Shown: piece after piece, positions 32,265-42,656 of the stretch
How the letters are laid out: every line of letters starts with the position of its first letter
How positions within the stretch are numbered: position 1 is the stretch's first letter
NCBI GenBank assembly: GCA_963729715.1
Contig: CAVSPA010000004.1
Span: 128,001-192,000 of the forward strand
Length of the DNA stretch: 64,000 nt
DNA from: an uncultured delta proteobacterium
GTDB lineage: Bacteria; Desulfobacterota; Syntrophia; Syntrophales; UBA2185
Direction: 5' to 3'
Program-made: the position numbers and the translations under genes
The notes under the pieces: model-generated
Database searches by the model: none
Told to the model about the DNA's origin: nothing
Seen by the model: only the letters and a program-made list of their open reading frames with translations

Positions 32265-33839
32265 TTATTGCCTCCATCCAAGATCCAAGTCCATGGTCTT
32301 CGGCGCTTCAATCGTTACCGTCATGAATAAGGACTTCTTTTGTCCTGCCGAAATATCCATATTCCAGGTCAGTGAGGAGGGAGTCTTCTCTGCAGGATCA
32401 GGGTCATACTTCAGCGTCACTGTGATGCGTTCATCCCTGGACTGCGGATTCGGCTCCTGCACAAGGACTCTGACAGGGGAATTTCTGGAGTTCTGAATAT
32501 CCGTGCGCCAATCCCAGGTGTATGTCTGTTTATCTTGCAGGAATGTCTTCTCACCCGATTTCTTGGATATTAGCTGCGTCCTTGCCGTGACAAGGGGATC
32601 GATGCCAAAGAATATGGTCGCCTCCTGCCCGGCTAAGGCAAATGAACGTTTTCCCAAGATGGCGCCGTCGACGACATATAAACTGCTCCCCGCGGGAATG
32701 TCCTTGGGTTCCAGAAGGTTCAACTTCGCCCTGAGAAAGACCTGGCTGCTCTGAGATGGCCTTGCCAGGTACGTGAATTCCGCAGGCCAGATCTCTTCCG
32801 CAATCTTTACTTTCTGTTTCGCGCCCGCAGGTACGTTTTTCTTGCCTACCTGCCAGATGGAATACGTGGTCTCTCTGACCTGTTGGGCGCCTACGGGGGC
32901 TTCCGCAGCGGGGGCCGCGGCTTCCATCTGGTCTGCGGCAGCAGCAGATCTTGACGACTTTTTCATGGCTCCTTCCATGCGGTATTGAGGACGGGGTTTG
33001 ATAATCCACGGCGTCAAGTCAGCCGGAGAAACGGAAGAAGGCGGCCTCAGAGTGGCTAAGTTGATACTCACATTTTTCCAGTCCTGGCCGGAACTCTGCC
33101 AGATTTCCGCTTCCCAGGTAAACGTTATCTGTCTATCTTTCGGTTTTGCCTCAAGACGATACAGGGGATGCCAGCCGCAGCCGGCCAATGAGTATGTGTA
33201 TGTGAGAGTCGCCTCGGAACCGCGCGAACCGGAAAGAACAACAGTCACCTCCCATGCGGTTTCTTTCGTTCCCGCAGCGCGGTCCAAATCATCCTGCACC
33301 TTCTTTATCTCTTTGTCGAGTTTTTCGAACTCGGCTTCTCTCGACAGTTTGTCCTGGTAGGCTTTCTGGATGTTCTTGCCGATGGCAGCAGACATATTGT
33401 AGACATCCGCCATAGTCTTTAACTTTGCTTTGGTCTGCAACTGCCAGAATTGAATCTGTGTATCCAGGCTACGGATCATCGCTTGAAGATTCTTCCGCGC
33501 GTCTTTCAGTTTCTCAAGCTGATTGACGAGATTTGCTATCTTTTCGTCGTTCTGGCGGCTCACCTGTCGCCAGTTTATATCATCGATTCGCATTTTCGGA
33601 TCATTGGCTATGCGGACTACTAGAGAATACGGATCGGCCTGTCCAGGGAGTATGATGAGGGCCTTCGCCTGTTCTGTTCCTTCGGGCAGAAGTTTTACTT
33701 TGGCAACTTCGGAAATCTGGGCAGAGCCGGGAAAGAACGTAACTTCGCGGGGAAGGGACCACGAAGTTACAGGCAGGCAGAGGACAAAGATGACAATTGC
33801 CGCCACACATTTCTTTGCAGAGATTTTCCTGTGAGTCAT
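32265..33839 (-). CDS. Exported DUF4140/DUF4139 (mucoidy inhibitor MuiA-like) protein
   Basis: Signal peptide, VTFFPGSAQI, coiled coil, GWHPLYRL, WQSSGQDWKNVSINLAT. Confidence 0.8.
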   Translation of the reverse strand: MTHRKISAKKCVAAIVIFVLCLPVTSWSLPREVTFFPGSAQISEVAKVKLLPEGTEQAKALIILPGQADPYSLVVRIANDPKMRIDDINWRQVSRQNDEKIANLVNQLEKLKDARKNLQAMIRSLDTQIQFWQLQTKAKLKTMADVYNMSAAIGKNIQKAYQDKLSREAEFEKLDKEIKKVQDDLDRAAGTKETAWEVTVVLSGSRGSEATLTYTYSLAGCGWHPLYRLEAKPKDRQITFTWEAEIWQSSGQDWKNVSINLATLRPPSSVSPADLTPWIIKPRPQYRMEGAMKKSSRSAAAADQMEAAAPAAEAPVGAQQVRETTYSIWQVGKKNVPAGAKQKVKIAEEIWPAEFTYLARPSQSSQVFLRAKLNLLEPKDIPAGSSLYVVDGAILGKRSFALAGQEATIFFGIDPLVTARTQLISKKSGEKTFLQDKQTYTWDWRTDIQNSRNSPVRVLVQEPNPQSRDERITVTLKYDPDPAEKTPSSLTWNMDISAGQKKSLFMTVTIEAPKTMDLDLGWRQ

Positions 33840-33860
33840 ATGCTCACCTCCAGAAACAGA

Positions 33861-35195
33861 TTAATTAGCCGCGATTAATTTAGCGATGCCCCTTACCTCT
33901 TGCATGATTGAAGGCAAATCTATCAACTGGAGCTTTCTGTCCTGCATAACGATCTTGCCTCCTATGATGCTTGTGTTGACATCTGCGCCGGAAGCGGCAT
34001 ATACAAGCTGTGAGTAGTAGCTGTGCATCGGCACCAGATGCGGTTTCCTCATATCTACTATGATAAGATCGGCCGATTTTCCCGGTTCAATGGAGCCGAT
34101 CCGGTCTTCCAAACCGAGACACTTTGCCCCGTTGATTGTTGCCATCTTCAAGACCGTTGTGGCAGCCATCACTGTAGAATCCATTTGGATGACCTTGTGC
34201 AGCTTGGCTGCGGTATCCATCTCTCTGAACATGTCGAGATCATTGTTGCTGGCACTGCCATCTGTGCCTAGTCCCACCGCGATACCTTTTTCGATAAGAA
34301 CAGGGATGGGCGCACAGCCGGCTGCCAGTTTCATATTGCTTTCCGGATTGTGGGATACCCTCACATTAGAGGCCTTGAGCATTTCCATTTCGTAATCTTG
34401 AAGCCAGATGCAGTGAACGGCAAGTGTCCTGTCATCCAGTATGTCTATATCCTGAAGATACTGGAGAGGAGTCTTGCCAAACTTTTCTCTGATGATTGCA
34501 ACTTCATCTTTTGTTTCTGCGACGTGGATGCTGTATAGCACATCTCCCTTCCGCGCGGCGGCCTTTACGCTCGTGAGGGTTTCCGGGGAACAGGTATAGG
34601 GTGAGTGACAGGCAAGAGCGGGTATAATCAGGGGAGATTTGAACTGCCATTTGCTTATGAATCTTTCTGCTATTTCGGCAATCTTTGCCGGGTCAGTCGG
34701 CTTGGGGAAATCGATGAATCCCTGTGAGACAACGGCTCGAATGCTGGAATCAAAGGCGGCGCGGGCGACCTCGCTTTCATAAAAATAGGCGTCGCAGAAG
34801 GTCGTCGTCCCGGAAAGAATCATTTCTGCAATGGCAAGCATGGCCCCGGCATAAACCATGTCTCTCGTTACGAATTTCGATTCGGCCGGGAATATGTGGT
34901 CATGGAGCCACTCCATGAGGGGAAGATCGTCGGCAAGCCCCCGGAAACAAACCATGGGAAGGTGCGTGTGGGTGTTGATTAGCCCGGGCATAACAATGCA
35001 GCCGTGAGCGTTGATGACCTTTCCTGCGGTGTATGAATTTCCGCCATCGATATTCCCGCGCATGATGAATACGATCTTCCCGTCCCTGATTCCGATTACG
35101 GGATTCTCTATTACATCCATGGCGTCCGACATGGTCAGAAGCGCGCCGCCTTCGATGATGATATCCAGTTCGCGATTGTCGGGAGCATTGTCCAT
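33861..35195 (-). CDS. Amidohydrolase, MTA/SAH deaminase-like (paralog 1)
   Basis: MPGLINTHTH, RGLADDLPLMEWL, HSPYTC, HVAET, HNPESNMKLA, GTDGSASNNDLD. Confidence 0.88.
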   Translation of the reverse strand: MDNAPDNRELDIIIEGGALLTMSDAMDVIENPVIGIRDGKIVFIMRGNIDGGNSYTAGKVINAHGCIVMPGLINTHTHLPMVCFRGLADDLPLMEWLHDHIFPAESKFVTRDMVYAGAMLAIAEMILSGTTTFCDAYFYESEVARAAFDSSIRAVVSQGFIDFPKPTDPAKIAEIAERFISKWQFKSPLIIPALACHSPYTCSPETLTSVKAAARKGDVLYSIHVAETKDEVAIIREKFGKTPLQYLQDIDILDDRTLAVHCIWLQDYEMEMLKASNVRVSHNPESNMKLAAGCAPIPVLIEKGIAVGLGTDGSASNNDLDMFREMDTAAKLHKVIQMDSTVMAATTVLKMATINGAKCLGLEDRIGSIEPGKSADLIIVDMRKPHLVPMHSYYSQLVYAASGADVNTSIIGGKIVMQDRKLQLIDLPSIMQEVRGIAKLIAAN

Positions 35196-35197
35196 GG

Positions 35198-36544
35198 CTA
35201 ATTCTTGCTTAATTGTTTTCTGATTCGAATCGCTGTCTCTTCCACCGTCGCCATTATTTCGTCTTCGTGAATGGTGAGAAGTTTGCGATTCTTCATCACC
35301 ACCTTGCCGTTTATCAGGACCGTGTCGACATCGTCTCCATTCACAGCGTACACTATATGTGAATACTCATTGTACAGCGGAGTAAGGTGGGGCTTGTTCA
35401 TGTCAATAATAATAATATCCGCCATCATTCCCACTTTGAGAGAACCGCAAACGTTTTCCATGCCGAGCGCCTTGGCACCGTCACGGGTGGCCATGCGGAC
35501 CACCGTTTTCGTATCCATTACTGTTGGATCAAGCTTCGCAACCTTATGAAGTTTAGCCGCCGTATCCATTTCCTGGAACATGTCCAGATTGTTGTTGCTT
35601 GCGCAGCCATCCGTCCCTAGGCCGACGGTTACGCCGGCGCCTATCATTTCCGGCACGGGAGCCACTCCCGAAGCAAGTTTCATATTGCTCTCGGGATTGT
35701 GGACCACCTTGCATCCTTGGTTGGCAAACATCTGTATATCTTCTTCTTCCATATATACACAGTGAAAGGCAATGAATTGTTCAGAAAGATAGCCGATATC
35801 TTTTAGGAAGGATGTTGGAGATTTTCCGAACTTTGCTGTGAGTTTTTTCTTTTCTGACTTGGTTTCCAGATAATGAGTAGCTATGGGAACGCCATACCTG
35901 TCGGCAAGTCTTCCCAAGTCTCTAAGCAGGTTCAGAGAACATGTATAGAGGGCGTGAGGCTCAATAACAATATTCACCAGTCGATCACTTGCCCACTTCT
36001 CAATAAGCATTTCTGTGTATTTCAGACCTTCCTGCGGTGTTTTGAGGTTAGGGGACGGAAAGTCAAAGAGTGCCTCACCTAAAAGGCAGCGCATGCCTGC
36101 GGATTTTGCCGCCATTGCAACATCATCCTCAAATATGTACATGTCGCAAAAAGTTGTTGTTCCTGATTTAATCATCTCTGCACAGGCAAGCAGGCTACCG
36201 CGGTAGGAGAATTCTCTGTTTACAAATCTGGCCTCATCGGGAAATATGTAATTATTCAGCCAGTCCGTAAGTTCAAGATCATCTGCCAGACCCCGGAAAT
36301 AGGTCATGGGTGCATGATTATGACAGTTGATAAGGCCGGGCATTACCAGAAAGCCGTCTGCATTGATGATGTCTTCCGAAATGTACCGGCTCTCGATATC
36401 CTCTTTCCCTCCTACGGCGATAATTTTCTCTCCCTTAATCGCCACGGCGCCGTTCTTGATCGTGTGGTCATTGTCATCCATCACCAATATCGTGCCACCG
36501 GAAATCAGTCTGTCGACTTTCTGCACCTTGCAGCCCCGTTTCAA
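35198..36544 (-). CDS. Amidohydrolase, MTA/SAH deaminase-like (paralog 2)
   Basis: MPGLINCHNH, RGLADDLELTDWL, PHALYTC, HYLET, HNPESNMKLA, GTDGCASNNNLD. Start may be GTG 36526. Confidence 0.88.
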   Translation of the reverse strand: MKRGCKVQKVDRLISGGTILVMDDNDHTIKNGAVAIKGEKIIAVGGKEDIESRYISEDIINADGFLVMPGLINCHNHAPMTYFRGLADDLELTDWLNNYIFPDEARFVNREFSYRGSLLACAEMIKSGTTTFCDMYIFEDDVAMAAKSAGMRCLLGEALFDFPSPNLKTPQEGLKYTEMLIEKWASDRLVNIVIEPHALYTCSLNLLRDLGRLADRYGVPIATHYLETKSEKKKLTAKFGKSPTSFLKDIGYLSEQFIAFHCVYMEEEDIQMFANQGCKVVHNPESNMKLASGVAPVPEMIGAGVTVGLGTDGCASNNNLDMFQEMDTAAKLHKVAKLDPTVMDTKTVVRMATRDGAKALGMENVCGSLKVGMMADIIIIDMNKPHLTPLYNEYSHIVYAVNGDDVDTVLINGKVVMKNRKLLTIHEDEIMATVEETAIRIRKQLSKN

Positions 36545-36636
36545 AAAGATTCGCGTACGTGTGGGTTATACCATCCAATTAAAATCTTGACACGTTTTTT
36601 TAAAAATAATATGCATCTCCTCTACTTTCAAATCAC

Positions 36637-36724
36637 GCCTGGGTGGCGGAATTGGTAGACGCAAGGGACTTAAAATCCCTCGATACTTAGTATCGTGCCG
36701 GTTCGACTCCGGCCCTAGGCACCA
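36637..36724 (+). tRNA. tRNA-Leu (anticodon TAA)
   Basis: Acceptor stem GCCTGGG/CCTAGGC, D-loop GGAATTGGTAGAC, anticodon arm AGGGA-CTTAAAA-TCCCT, long variable arm, T-loop GGTTCGACTCC, encoded CCA. Confidence 0.97.
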
Positions 36725-36732
36725 GTCATATT

Positions 36733-36768
36733 AATGGCTTATGGATTCCACTCACCATAAGCCATTTT
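36733..36768 (+). terminator. Hairpin terminator after tRNA-Leu
   Basis: AATGGCTTATGG / CCATAAGCCATT 12-bp stem followed by a short T run. Confidence 0.7.
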
Positions 36769-36787
36769 ACTTAATCACTACGGGTTC

Positions 36788-36811
36788 AATTCCCCGAAGC
36801 TTGCCCTCGGG
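36788..36811. repeat. REP-like palindromic element, copy 1
   Basis: AATTCCCCGAAGCTTGCCCTCGGG; core shared with 36906 and 58531. Confidence 0.5.
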
Positions 36812-36905
36812 TAGGTCATAGAGTCTTTGTCTGTTTCAAATAAACGCCTTAAAAGTAGTTAGACGAATTGACACTGAGAGAAACGAATAGAAGGGTTTTT
36901 GGCTT

Positions 36906-36928
36906 AATTCTCCTCAGCTTGCTGCGTG
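36906..36928. repeat. REP-like palindromic element, copy 2 (degenerate)
   Basis: AATTCTCCTCAGCTTGCTGCGTG. Confidence 0.4.
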
Positions 36929-37004
36929 ATTCTGACGCAATTTCTCCTTTAATTTTTCCCTAAATGGTTCTATATTGCCGAACATTACATTAAGGGAGGA
37001 AAAA

Positions 37005-38306
37005 ATGCTGAGAGAATTTTTCCAACTCAATGAACTTGGAACAAATATAAAACAGGAGATTCTTGCCGGTATCACAACTTTTGTTACGATGGCTTACATC
37101 ATAATTGTTAATCCAAAAATACTTGAAGCTGCCGGTATTCCTTTTGGTCCCTCAATGGTTGCTACTATATTAACGGCATTTTTCGGAACTTTGACCATGG
37201 GCGTTTATGCGAAAAGGCCCTTTGCTATAGCACCTTACATGGGTGAAAATGCCTTTATTGCTTTTACCGTAGTAAAGGTTCTGGGTTACAGCTGGCAGAC
37301 GGCAATGGGGGCCATTTTTATCGGGGGACTCCTTTTTACGATTATAACAGTTATGAATATAAGAAGCTGGCTGGCGAACGCCATACCCGAAGGACTTAAA
37401 ATCGGCTTTATTGTGGGGATTGGTTTGTTCCTGACTTTCATCGGCTTGAATGAAACCGGCATCGTTTCCTTAGGTGTGCCGGGAGCGCCTGTCCACGTAG
37501 GCAATCTTAAAGATATAAAAGTGATCTTATCCATATTAGGATTTCTTCTCATCAGCTTTTTGATGATCAGAAAAATCAAAGGGGCGATACTTATAGGTAT
37601 TGTTGCCGTTACTTTCTTATCTTTTCCGCTGCAAATAATTGCAGTGCCTGACAGATGGATGAGCATGCCGCCCTCTCTCCTTCCCATATTTTTGAAGTTG
37701 GATATACTGGGTGCACTGACCTGGGGATTTTTCGCCGTCATCCTGACAATATTTGTAATGGATTTCGTTGACACCATGGGTACATTAATAGGATTGTCTT
37801 ACAGGGCAAATCTATTGGACGAGAACGGAAATTTACCGGAGATCGAAAAGCCGATGCTGTGCGATGCACTCGCCACGGTTCTTGCCGCGCTCTTGGGCAC
37901 GTCGACAGCAGGAGCTTATATTGAGTCGGCAACAGGTATAGAAGCAGGAGGCAGGTCAGGATTAACAGCCGTTGTTACTGCATTTCTCTTTCTCGCTGCA
38001 CTTTTTTTTGCACCGTTTTTCACAGTCATTCCTCCCTGCGCATATGGTCCTGCATTGATTATTGTGGGAATGCTCATGCTGTCTCCCATTGCAAAAGTAA
38101 ACTTTGATGACCTGACCGAAGTTGTTCCCATATTCTGCATCATTATTATGATGAGCTTTACTTATAATATAGGAATCGGTATGACCGCCGGTTTCGTGGT
38201 TTATCCTTTAGTGAAGGTCGTCTCCGGAGGATTTAAAGAAATCTCATCGGGGCTGTGGATTTTGGCTGGATTATCCGTGATCTTTTTTATTCTTTATCCT
38301 TATTAA
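37005..38306 (+). CDS. NCS2/AzgA-family purine nucleobase permease
   Basis: EILAGITTFVTMAYIIIVNP, APYMGENAF, DFVDTMGT, YIESATGIEAGGRSGLT; RBS GGGAGG before ATG 37005. Confidence 0.93.
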   Translation: MLREFFQLNELGTNIKQEILAGITTFVTMAYIIIVNPKILEAAGIPFGPSMVATILTAFFGTLTMGVYAKRPFAIAPYMGENAFIAFTVVKVLGYSWQTAMGAIFIGGLLFTIITVMNIRSWLANAIPEGLKIGFIVGIGLFLTFIGLNETGIVSLGVPGAPVHVGNLKDIKVILSILGFLLISFLMIRKIKGAILIGIVAVTFLSFPLQIIAVPDRWMSMPPSLLPIFLKLDILGALTWGFFAVILTIFVMDFVDTMGTLIGLSYRANLLDENGNLPEIEKPMLCDALATVLAALLGTSTAGAYIESATGIEAGGRSGLTAVVTAFLFLAALFFAPFFTVIPPCAYGPALIIVGMLMLSPIAKVNFDDLTEVVPIFCIIIMMSFTYNIGIGMTAGFVVYPLVKVVSGGFKEISSGLWILAGLSVIFFILYPY

Positions 38307-38348
38307 CACATACAAATATAATATAGAGGAATTTCGTATGTGATATTT

Positions 38349-38885
38349 TTAATCTCCTTCAAATTCCGTGAGGAAAAAGACACTGTAGCCCCTGTCTTTT
38401 AACTTCTTGTAGCCGCCGACATCCAGGAGATTAACGATAAATGCCATCTCGGTAACAGTACCGCCGAGTTTTTCAATAAGTGCAGCGGTAGCAAGGGCTG
38501 TACCGCCTGTAGCAAGCAAGTCATCAACCAATAAGATTTTTGAGCCTTTTGTTATTGCATCTTTATGTACCTCAACCGTATCTGTGCCATACTCAAGCTC
38601 GTATTCGTGTCGCACTACCTCTGCCGGCAGTTTACCTAGTTTTCTAATGGGGACAAAACCCTTTCCCAGGGTATAAGACAATGCCCCACCAATAATAAAG
38701 CCACGTGCCTCTATGCCGGCTATAAGATCAAAATTAATATCACCCTTTATATATCTTTGTGTAAAATTATCAATAACCAGCCTGAATCCCACAGGGTCTT
38801 TAATTAGGGTAGTTATATCGCGGAACAGGATTCCCTTTTTAGGATGATCCTGTATAGTCCTGATTCTGGATTTTATAGGCATCAC
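38349..38885 (-). CDS. apt: Adenine phosphoribosyltransferase
   Basis: GILFRDIT, GIEARGF, RKLGKLP, YELEYGT, VDDLLATGGT. Confidence 0.96.
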   Translation of the reverse strand: MMPIKSRIRTIQDHPKKGILFRDITTLIKDPVGFRLVIDNFTQRYIKGDINFDLIAGIEARGFIIGGALSYTLGKGFVPIRKLGKLPAEVVRHEYELEYGTDTVEVHKDAITKGSKILLVDDLLATGGTALATAALIEKLGGTVTEMAFIVNLLDVGGYKKLKDRGYSVFFLTEFEGD

Positions 38886-38902
38886 AGTTGCTCCTCCTTA
38901 TC

Positions 38903-39667
38903 TTATTTTATGCAGACGTCGTCATAATTTCTGATTTTCGGTATTATATCTAAAAACAACTTTATAACATTGTCCGCATTTTTTTCCATGGTCTTCATTA
39001 TTATCTCCCATGTTACCGATTCCTCTCCCTCTCTCCAACAGTCATAGTCCGTAGACGTGGCAATTGATGCATAATGCATTTTTTTTTCCCTGGCAAGATT
39101 GACCTCTGGTACAGTGCTCATATTGATTACATCAGCATTCCAGCTTCTGAACATGTGACTTTCCGCTTTTGTGGAAAATCTTGGTCCTTCAATTGTAATT
39201 ACAGTTCTATTTTTATAAAATGGTATCTGCATTTGTCCTGCAGACGTTGAGCACAATTCTATAAGGTTGGAGCAAAAAGGCTCTGCCATTGGTGTATGGA
39301 CTACGACGTCTTCATCGAAAAACGTTGTTTCTCTTTTTTTTGTATGGTCTATGAACTGATTCGGAAATACAAGGTGTCCTGGTTCTATCTCTTCCCTCAG
39401 TGAACCTACCGCAGTTGAAGCAAGTATATGTGTACAGCCCTGTTCCTTAAGTGCCCAAATATTAGCTCTGAAATTAACCGCGGAAGGAAATATGGAGTGG
39501 TCTTTGCCATGTCTTGCAATAATGACAACTTCGACACCTTCGATCATACCACTCGTAAGTTGAGATGTAGGAAGACCATAAGGAGTTTCAACGTTGACTA
39601 GCACAGCTTTCTGTAAAATTGTCGGATTATCAAGTCCGGAACCTCCGATGATTCCTATCTTTACCAT
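38903..39667 (-). CDS. mtnP: S-methyl-5'-thioadenosine phosphorylase
   Basis: IGIIGGSG, RHG, VNFRANIWAL, EGPRFSTKAES, INMSTVPE, TDYDCW. Confidence 0.93.
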   Translation of the reverse strand: MVKIGIIGGSGLDNPTILQKAVLVNVETPYGLPTSQLTSGMIEGVEVVIIARHGKDHSIFPSAVNFRANIWALKEQGCTHILASTAVGSLREEIEPGHLVFPNQFIDHTKKRETTFFDEDVVVHTPMAEPFCSNLIELCSTSAGQMQIPFYKNRTVITIEGPRFSTKAESHMFRSWNADVINMSTVPEVNLAREKKMHYASIATSTDYDCWREGEESVTWEIIMKTMEKNADNVIKLFLDIIPKIRNYDDVCIK

Positions 39668-39910
39668 AGACCACTCCCCTTATATTCAGTCACTTTCATG
39701 TTTTGGAAGTCTAAGGAAAAGGGGGTCGAGTGTCAAGAAATAATGAATATAAAAACTCACCCAATGATTCCAACTTATACAGATGTTATGAGAATTAGAT
39801 TTATTTGACGTCTAATCTTAATGCGACGAACTGTCCGGGAAGATATCAACTTTTATGCATAAATACATTTGCATTACAAACGGATCATTTCGATTTAAGT
39901 ATTTTCTAAT

Positions 39911-40912
39911 TCATGATGAAATACATGCTTGCGCGAAGAGACTGACATTCTTATCTTCGCCGAGAGCTATAAGCTTGTCTCCCTGTGAAATGACGTAACT
40001 TGCCAGGGGGTTGAATATCATCTGTCCGGAATCCTTTTTGACGGCCACAATAATCAGTCCGTATCGTTGTCTGATTTCTGATTCTTCAAGAGATTTTGTG
40101 ATAACCGGCGAGCCCTCTCCGATATCGATTTCCTCCATTCTAAGTTCGAGGCTCTGCCGCCTCGTTGTGATTTCTATGAAGTCGAGCATAGCCGGCCGTG
40201 AGATTGCCATGGCCATTCTCATTCCGCCGAGGACATATGGAGAGATGACGCGATCTGCGCCGGCTCTCAGAAGCCGATGTTCAGATTCGATTTCCTCGGA
40301 GCGGGAGAGTATGTAGATATCCGGGTTGAGCTCCTTTGCCGTAAGTATCACATAGAGATTTTGCGCATCGGAGGGAAGTGCAGAAACAATACCCCTGGCT
40401 TTTCTTATGCCCGCTGCAATGAGGGTCTTATCATGGATGGCATTGCCCTTATAATAAATGAAGCCCTCGTCTTCAATCTTCTGAATGATCTCCGGGTTGT
40501 CATCGATGACCACGAAATCGATTTTCTCTTGAGATAACTCCTTGCAAATCAGATAGCCGATCCTGCCGCATCCGCAAATTATATAGTGATTGTTAAGTCT
40601 CTTTATCATTTTTTCCAATTTACCTCTCCCCATTAGTGATCTGAAGCGTGCGTCCACCATGGTCTCTGTCAGAAGACCGATAGTATAGAGCATGGTCCCG
40701 ACGCCGAAAATAATCAGGATGACGGTGAAAATCCTTCCGATCGTCGTTTCAGGATAGAAATCGCCGTATCCAACTGTAGAAAGGGTTATAACTGTTGTAT
40801 AAAGGGAATCTGTCAGGCTCCATCCCTCAATGAGATGGAAGCCCAGCGTGCCGATCACAAAAATTGCGATTAATGCTAATGCGGCAATTCTTAGTTTTTT
40901 CGTTGGTATCAA
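39911..40912 (-). CDS. Potassium channel with RCK (TrkA-N/TrkA-C) domains
   Basis: Selectivity filter TVGYGD, two TM helices, NHYIICGCGRIG, C-terminal TrkA-C (IIVAVKK...FNP...GDKLIALG). Confidence 0.92.
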   Translation of the reverse strand: MIPTKKLRIAALALIAIFVIGTLGFHLIEGWSLTDSLYTTVITLSTVGYGDFYPETTIGRIFTVILIIFGVGTMLYTIGLLTETMVDARFRSLMGRGKLEKMIKRLNNHYIICGCGRIGYLICKELSQEKIDFVVIDDNPEIIQKIEDEGFIYYKGNAIHDKTLIAAGIRKARGIVSALPSDAQNLYVILTAKELNPDIYILSRSEEIESEHRLLRAGADRVISPYVLGGMRMAMAISRPAMLDFIEITTRRQSLELRMEEIDIGEGSPVITKSLEESEIRQRYGLIIVAVKKDSGQMIFNPLASYVISQGDKLIALGEDKNVSLFAQACISS

Positions 40913-41258
40913 GCAAAACTCCCAAATTACAATTATGCATTAAGAAAAAGAACGGCAATGCACGATGAGTTATGGCGTGATCATCGCGACCAATGAGATG
41001 TTAATGCAATCCCAGAAAAAATTCAAACCAAATTCGGCGGGGCAATATCGGAACAACTAATTATCTCTCAAGACAAATGCATTCTCCGATGCAGTGATGA
41101 CTCAAACGGAATCTCTCATTATGGCACACATAATAAACTTATAAATTATGCCTTTCAATAGCATGAATTTCATTGTTACGGGGCATATATTGTGATATTT
41201 GCCAGGCGGTGATTGCTTTCAACACATGCGAAATTCTCAATAGGGCATATGTCGAGGG

Positions 41259-42656
41259 GTGAGGTTTGTTATGGCATCCAAGGAAGTTAGTGTCCTGCGG
41301 GAGAAGCTGAACCTATATGAAGCCGTTCTGAATAATATTCTGAGCGGCGTAATAATTACTGATCCTGAAGGCTCCGTCATTTTCTTCAGTGAAACGTACG
41401 GTCGGTTTCTGGGGATGAATCCCCAAAAAAAGATTGGCAGGCATTGTACGGAGGTGATCGAAAATACACGGATGCATATCGTGGCCCAAACGGGACTTCC
41501 GGAAATCAACCATCCGCACCGCATCATGGGTCAAGATATGGTCGTACAGCGTCTCCCCATTGGGATAGACGGAAAACTGGTAGCCGTCTTCGGCCAGGTC
41601 ATGTTTGAGGATGTGAAAGACGTCAGTGTCCTGGCAAGCAAACTCAGCTTATTGGAATCAAAGGTAGAACTCTTTCAAAAGGAATTGGTGAACCTTAGAT
41701 CGTCGAGATATTCAATAAATAATATTCAGGGAAAGAGCAAGGTCATCACGGAATTGAAAAGATTAGCCCTGAAGGCAGCCACGGTAAATTCAACAGTATT
41801 GTTGATGTGAGAAAGCGGCACCGGCAAAGAACTCTTTGCTCATGCCATCCATGACGCCAGCGTGCGCAGACTTAATCCCTTTATCCGGATCAATTGCGCG
41901 GCGATTCCTAAGGATCTGTTGGAAGCTGAGCTTTTCGGGTATGAGCCTGGCGCCTTTACAGGGGCGACCAGATCGAAACCGGGGAAGTTCGAACTCGCAC
42001 ATCGCGGGACATTATTTTTAGATGAGATTACTGAACTGCCGTTGGAAATGCAGCCTAAGCTCCTGCGCGTTTTGGAAGACAGGGAGGTGGAAAGATTAGG
42101 AGGAACCCGCGTAACGAGATGCGATTTTCGCTTAATCGCCGCCACGCATGAAGATCCGGACGAACTGGTAAAACAGGGCAGATTCAGGGAAGACTTATAC
42201 TATAGATTGAATGTCATTCCCCTCAAGATAGCGCCTCTCAGAGACAGGAAAGGAGATATTTCCATACTGGCTGAGAATATTCTTGCGAGACTTGCAAGGG
42301 AGTTGGGAAGGACAGTAACGAAGATCTCAGGTGACGTGTTGAAGACCTTCGAAAACTACGACTGGCCGGGCAATATTCGCGAATTGTCCAACATTCTGGA
42401 GAGAACACTCTGCTCCATGGAAGGAGTCGAAGATACAGTAAGGCTCGATCATCTACCCGTCATATTTCAGACGCGGTCTGAAAGGTCTCCGCGACCGCAT
42501 TCCTCGTCACTGAGAAATATTAAGGACGTCTCGGAGAAAGAAGCGCTCATGCAGGCGCTCAACGCCTCGAATAACAACAAACAGAAAACGGCCCAAATCT
42601 TGGGCATACACAGGACGGCCCTCTATAAGAAAATGAAAAAATTTAATTTTTCTTGA
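41259..42656 (+). pseudogene. PAS-domain sigma54-dependent activator interrupted by an in-frame TGA
   Basis: ORFs 41259..41810 and 41862..42656 are in the same frame. TGA at 41808 replaces the first Gly of Walker A (VLLM*ESGTGKE). GAFTGA, FLDEI, RFREDLYYRLNV, WPGNIREL and a Fis-type HTH are intact. Confidence 0.88.

Noticed and set aside
36781..36796. GGGTTCAATTCCC resembling a tRNA T-arm or att-site duplication
   Set aside because: Does not match the tRNA-Leu 3' end, no cloverleaf can be built, and it is better explained as the edge of the REP-like element.
36770..37004. Purine riboswitch upstream of the NCS2 permease
   Set aside because: Conserved purine-aptamer junction and loop sequences were not found by eye.
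41808..41810. TGA as selenocysteine or as evidence of a recoded (TGA=Gly) genetic code
   Set aside because: The position is a Walker A Gly, the nearby hairpin loop (AACT) lacks the SECIS G, and many genes in the window terminate normally at TGA.
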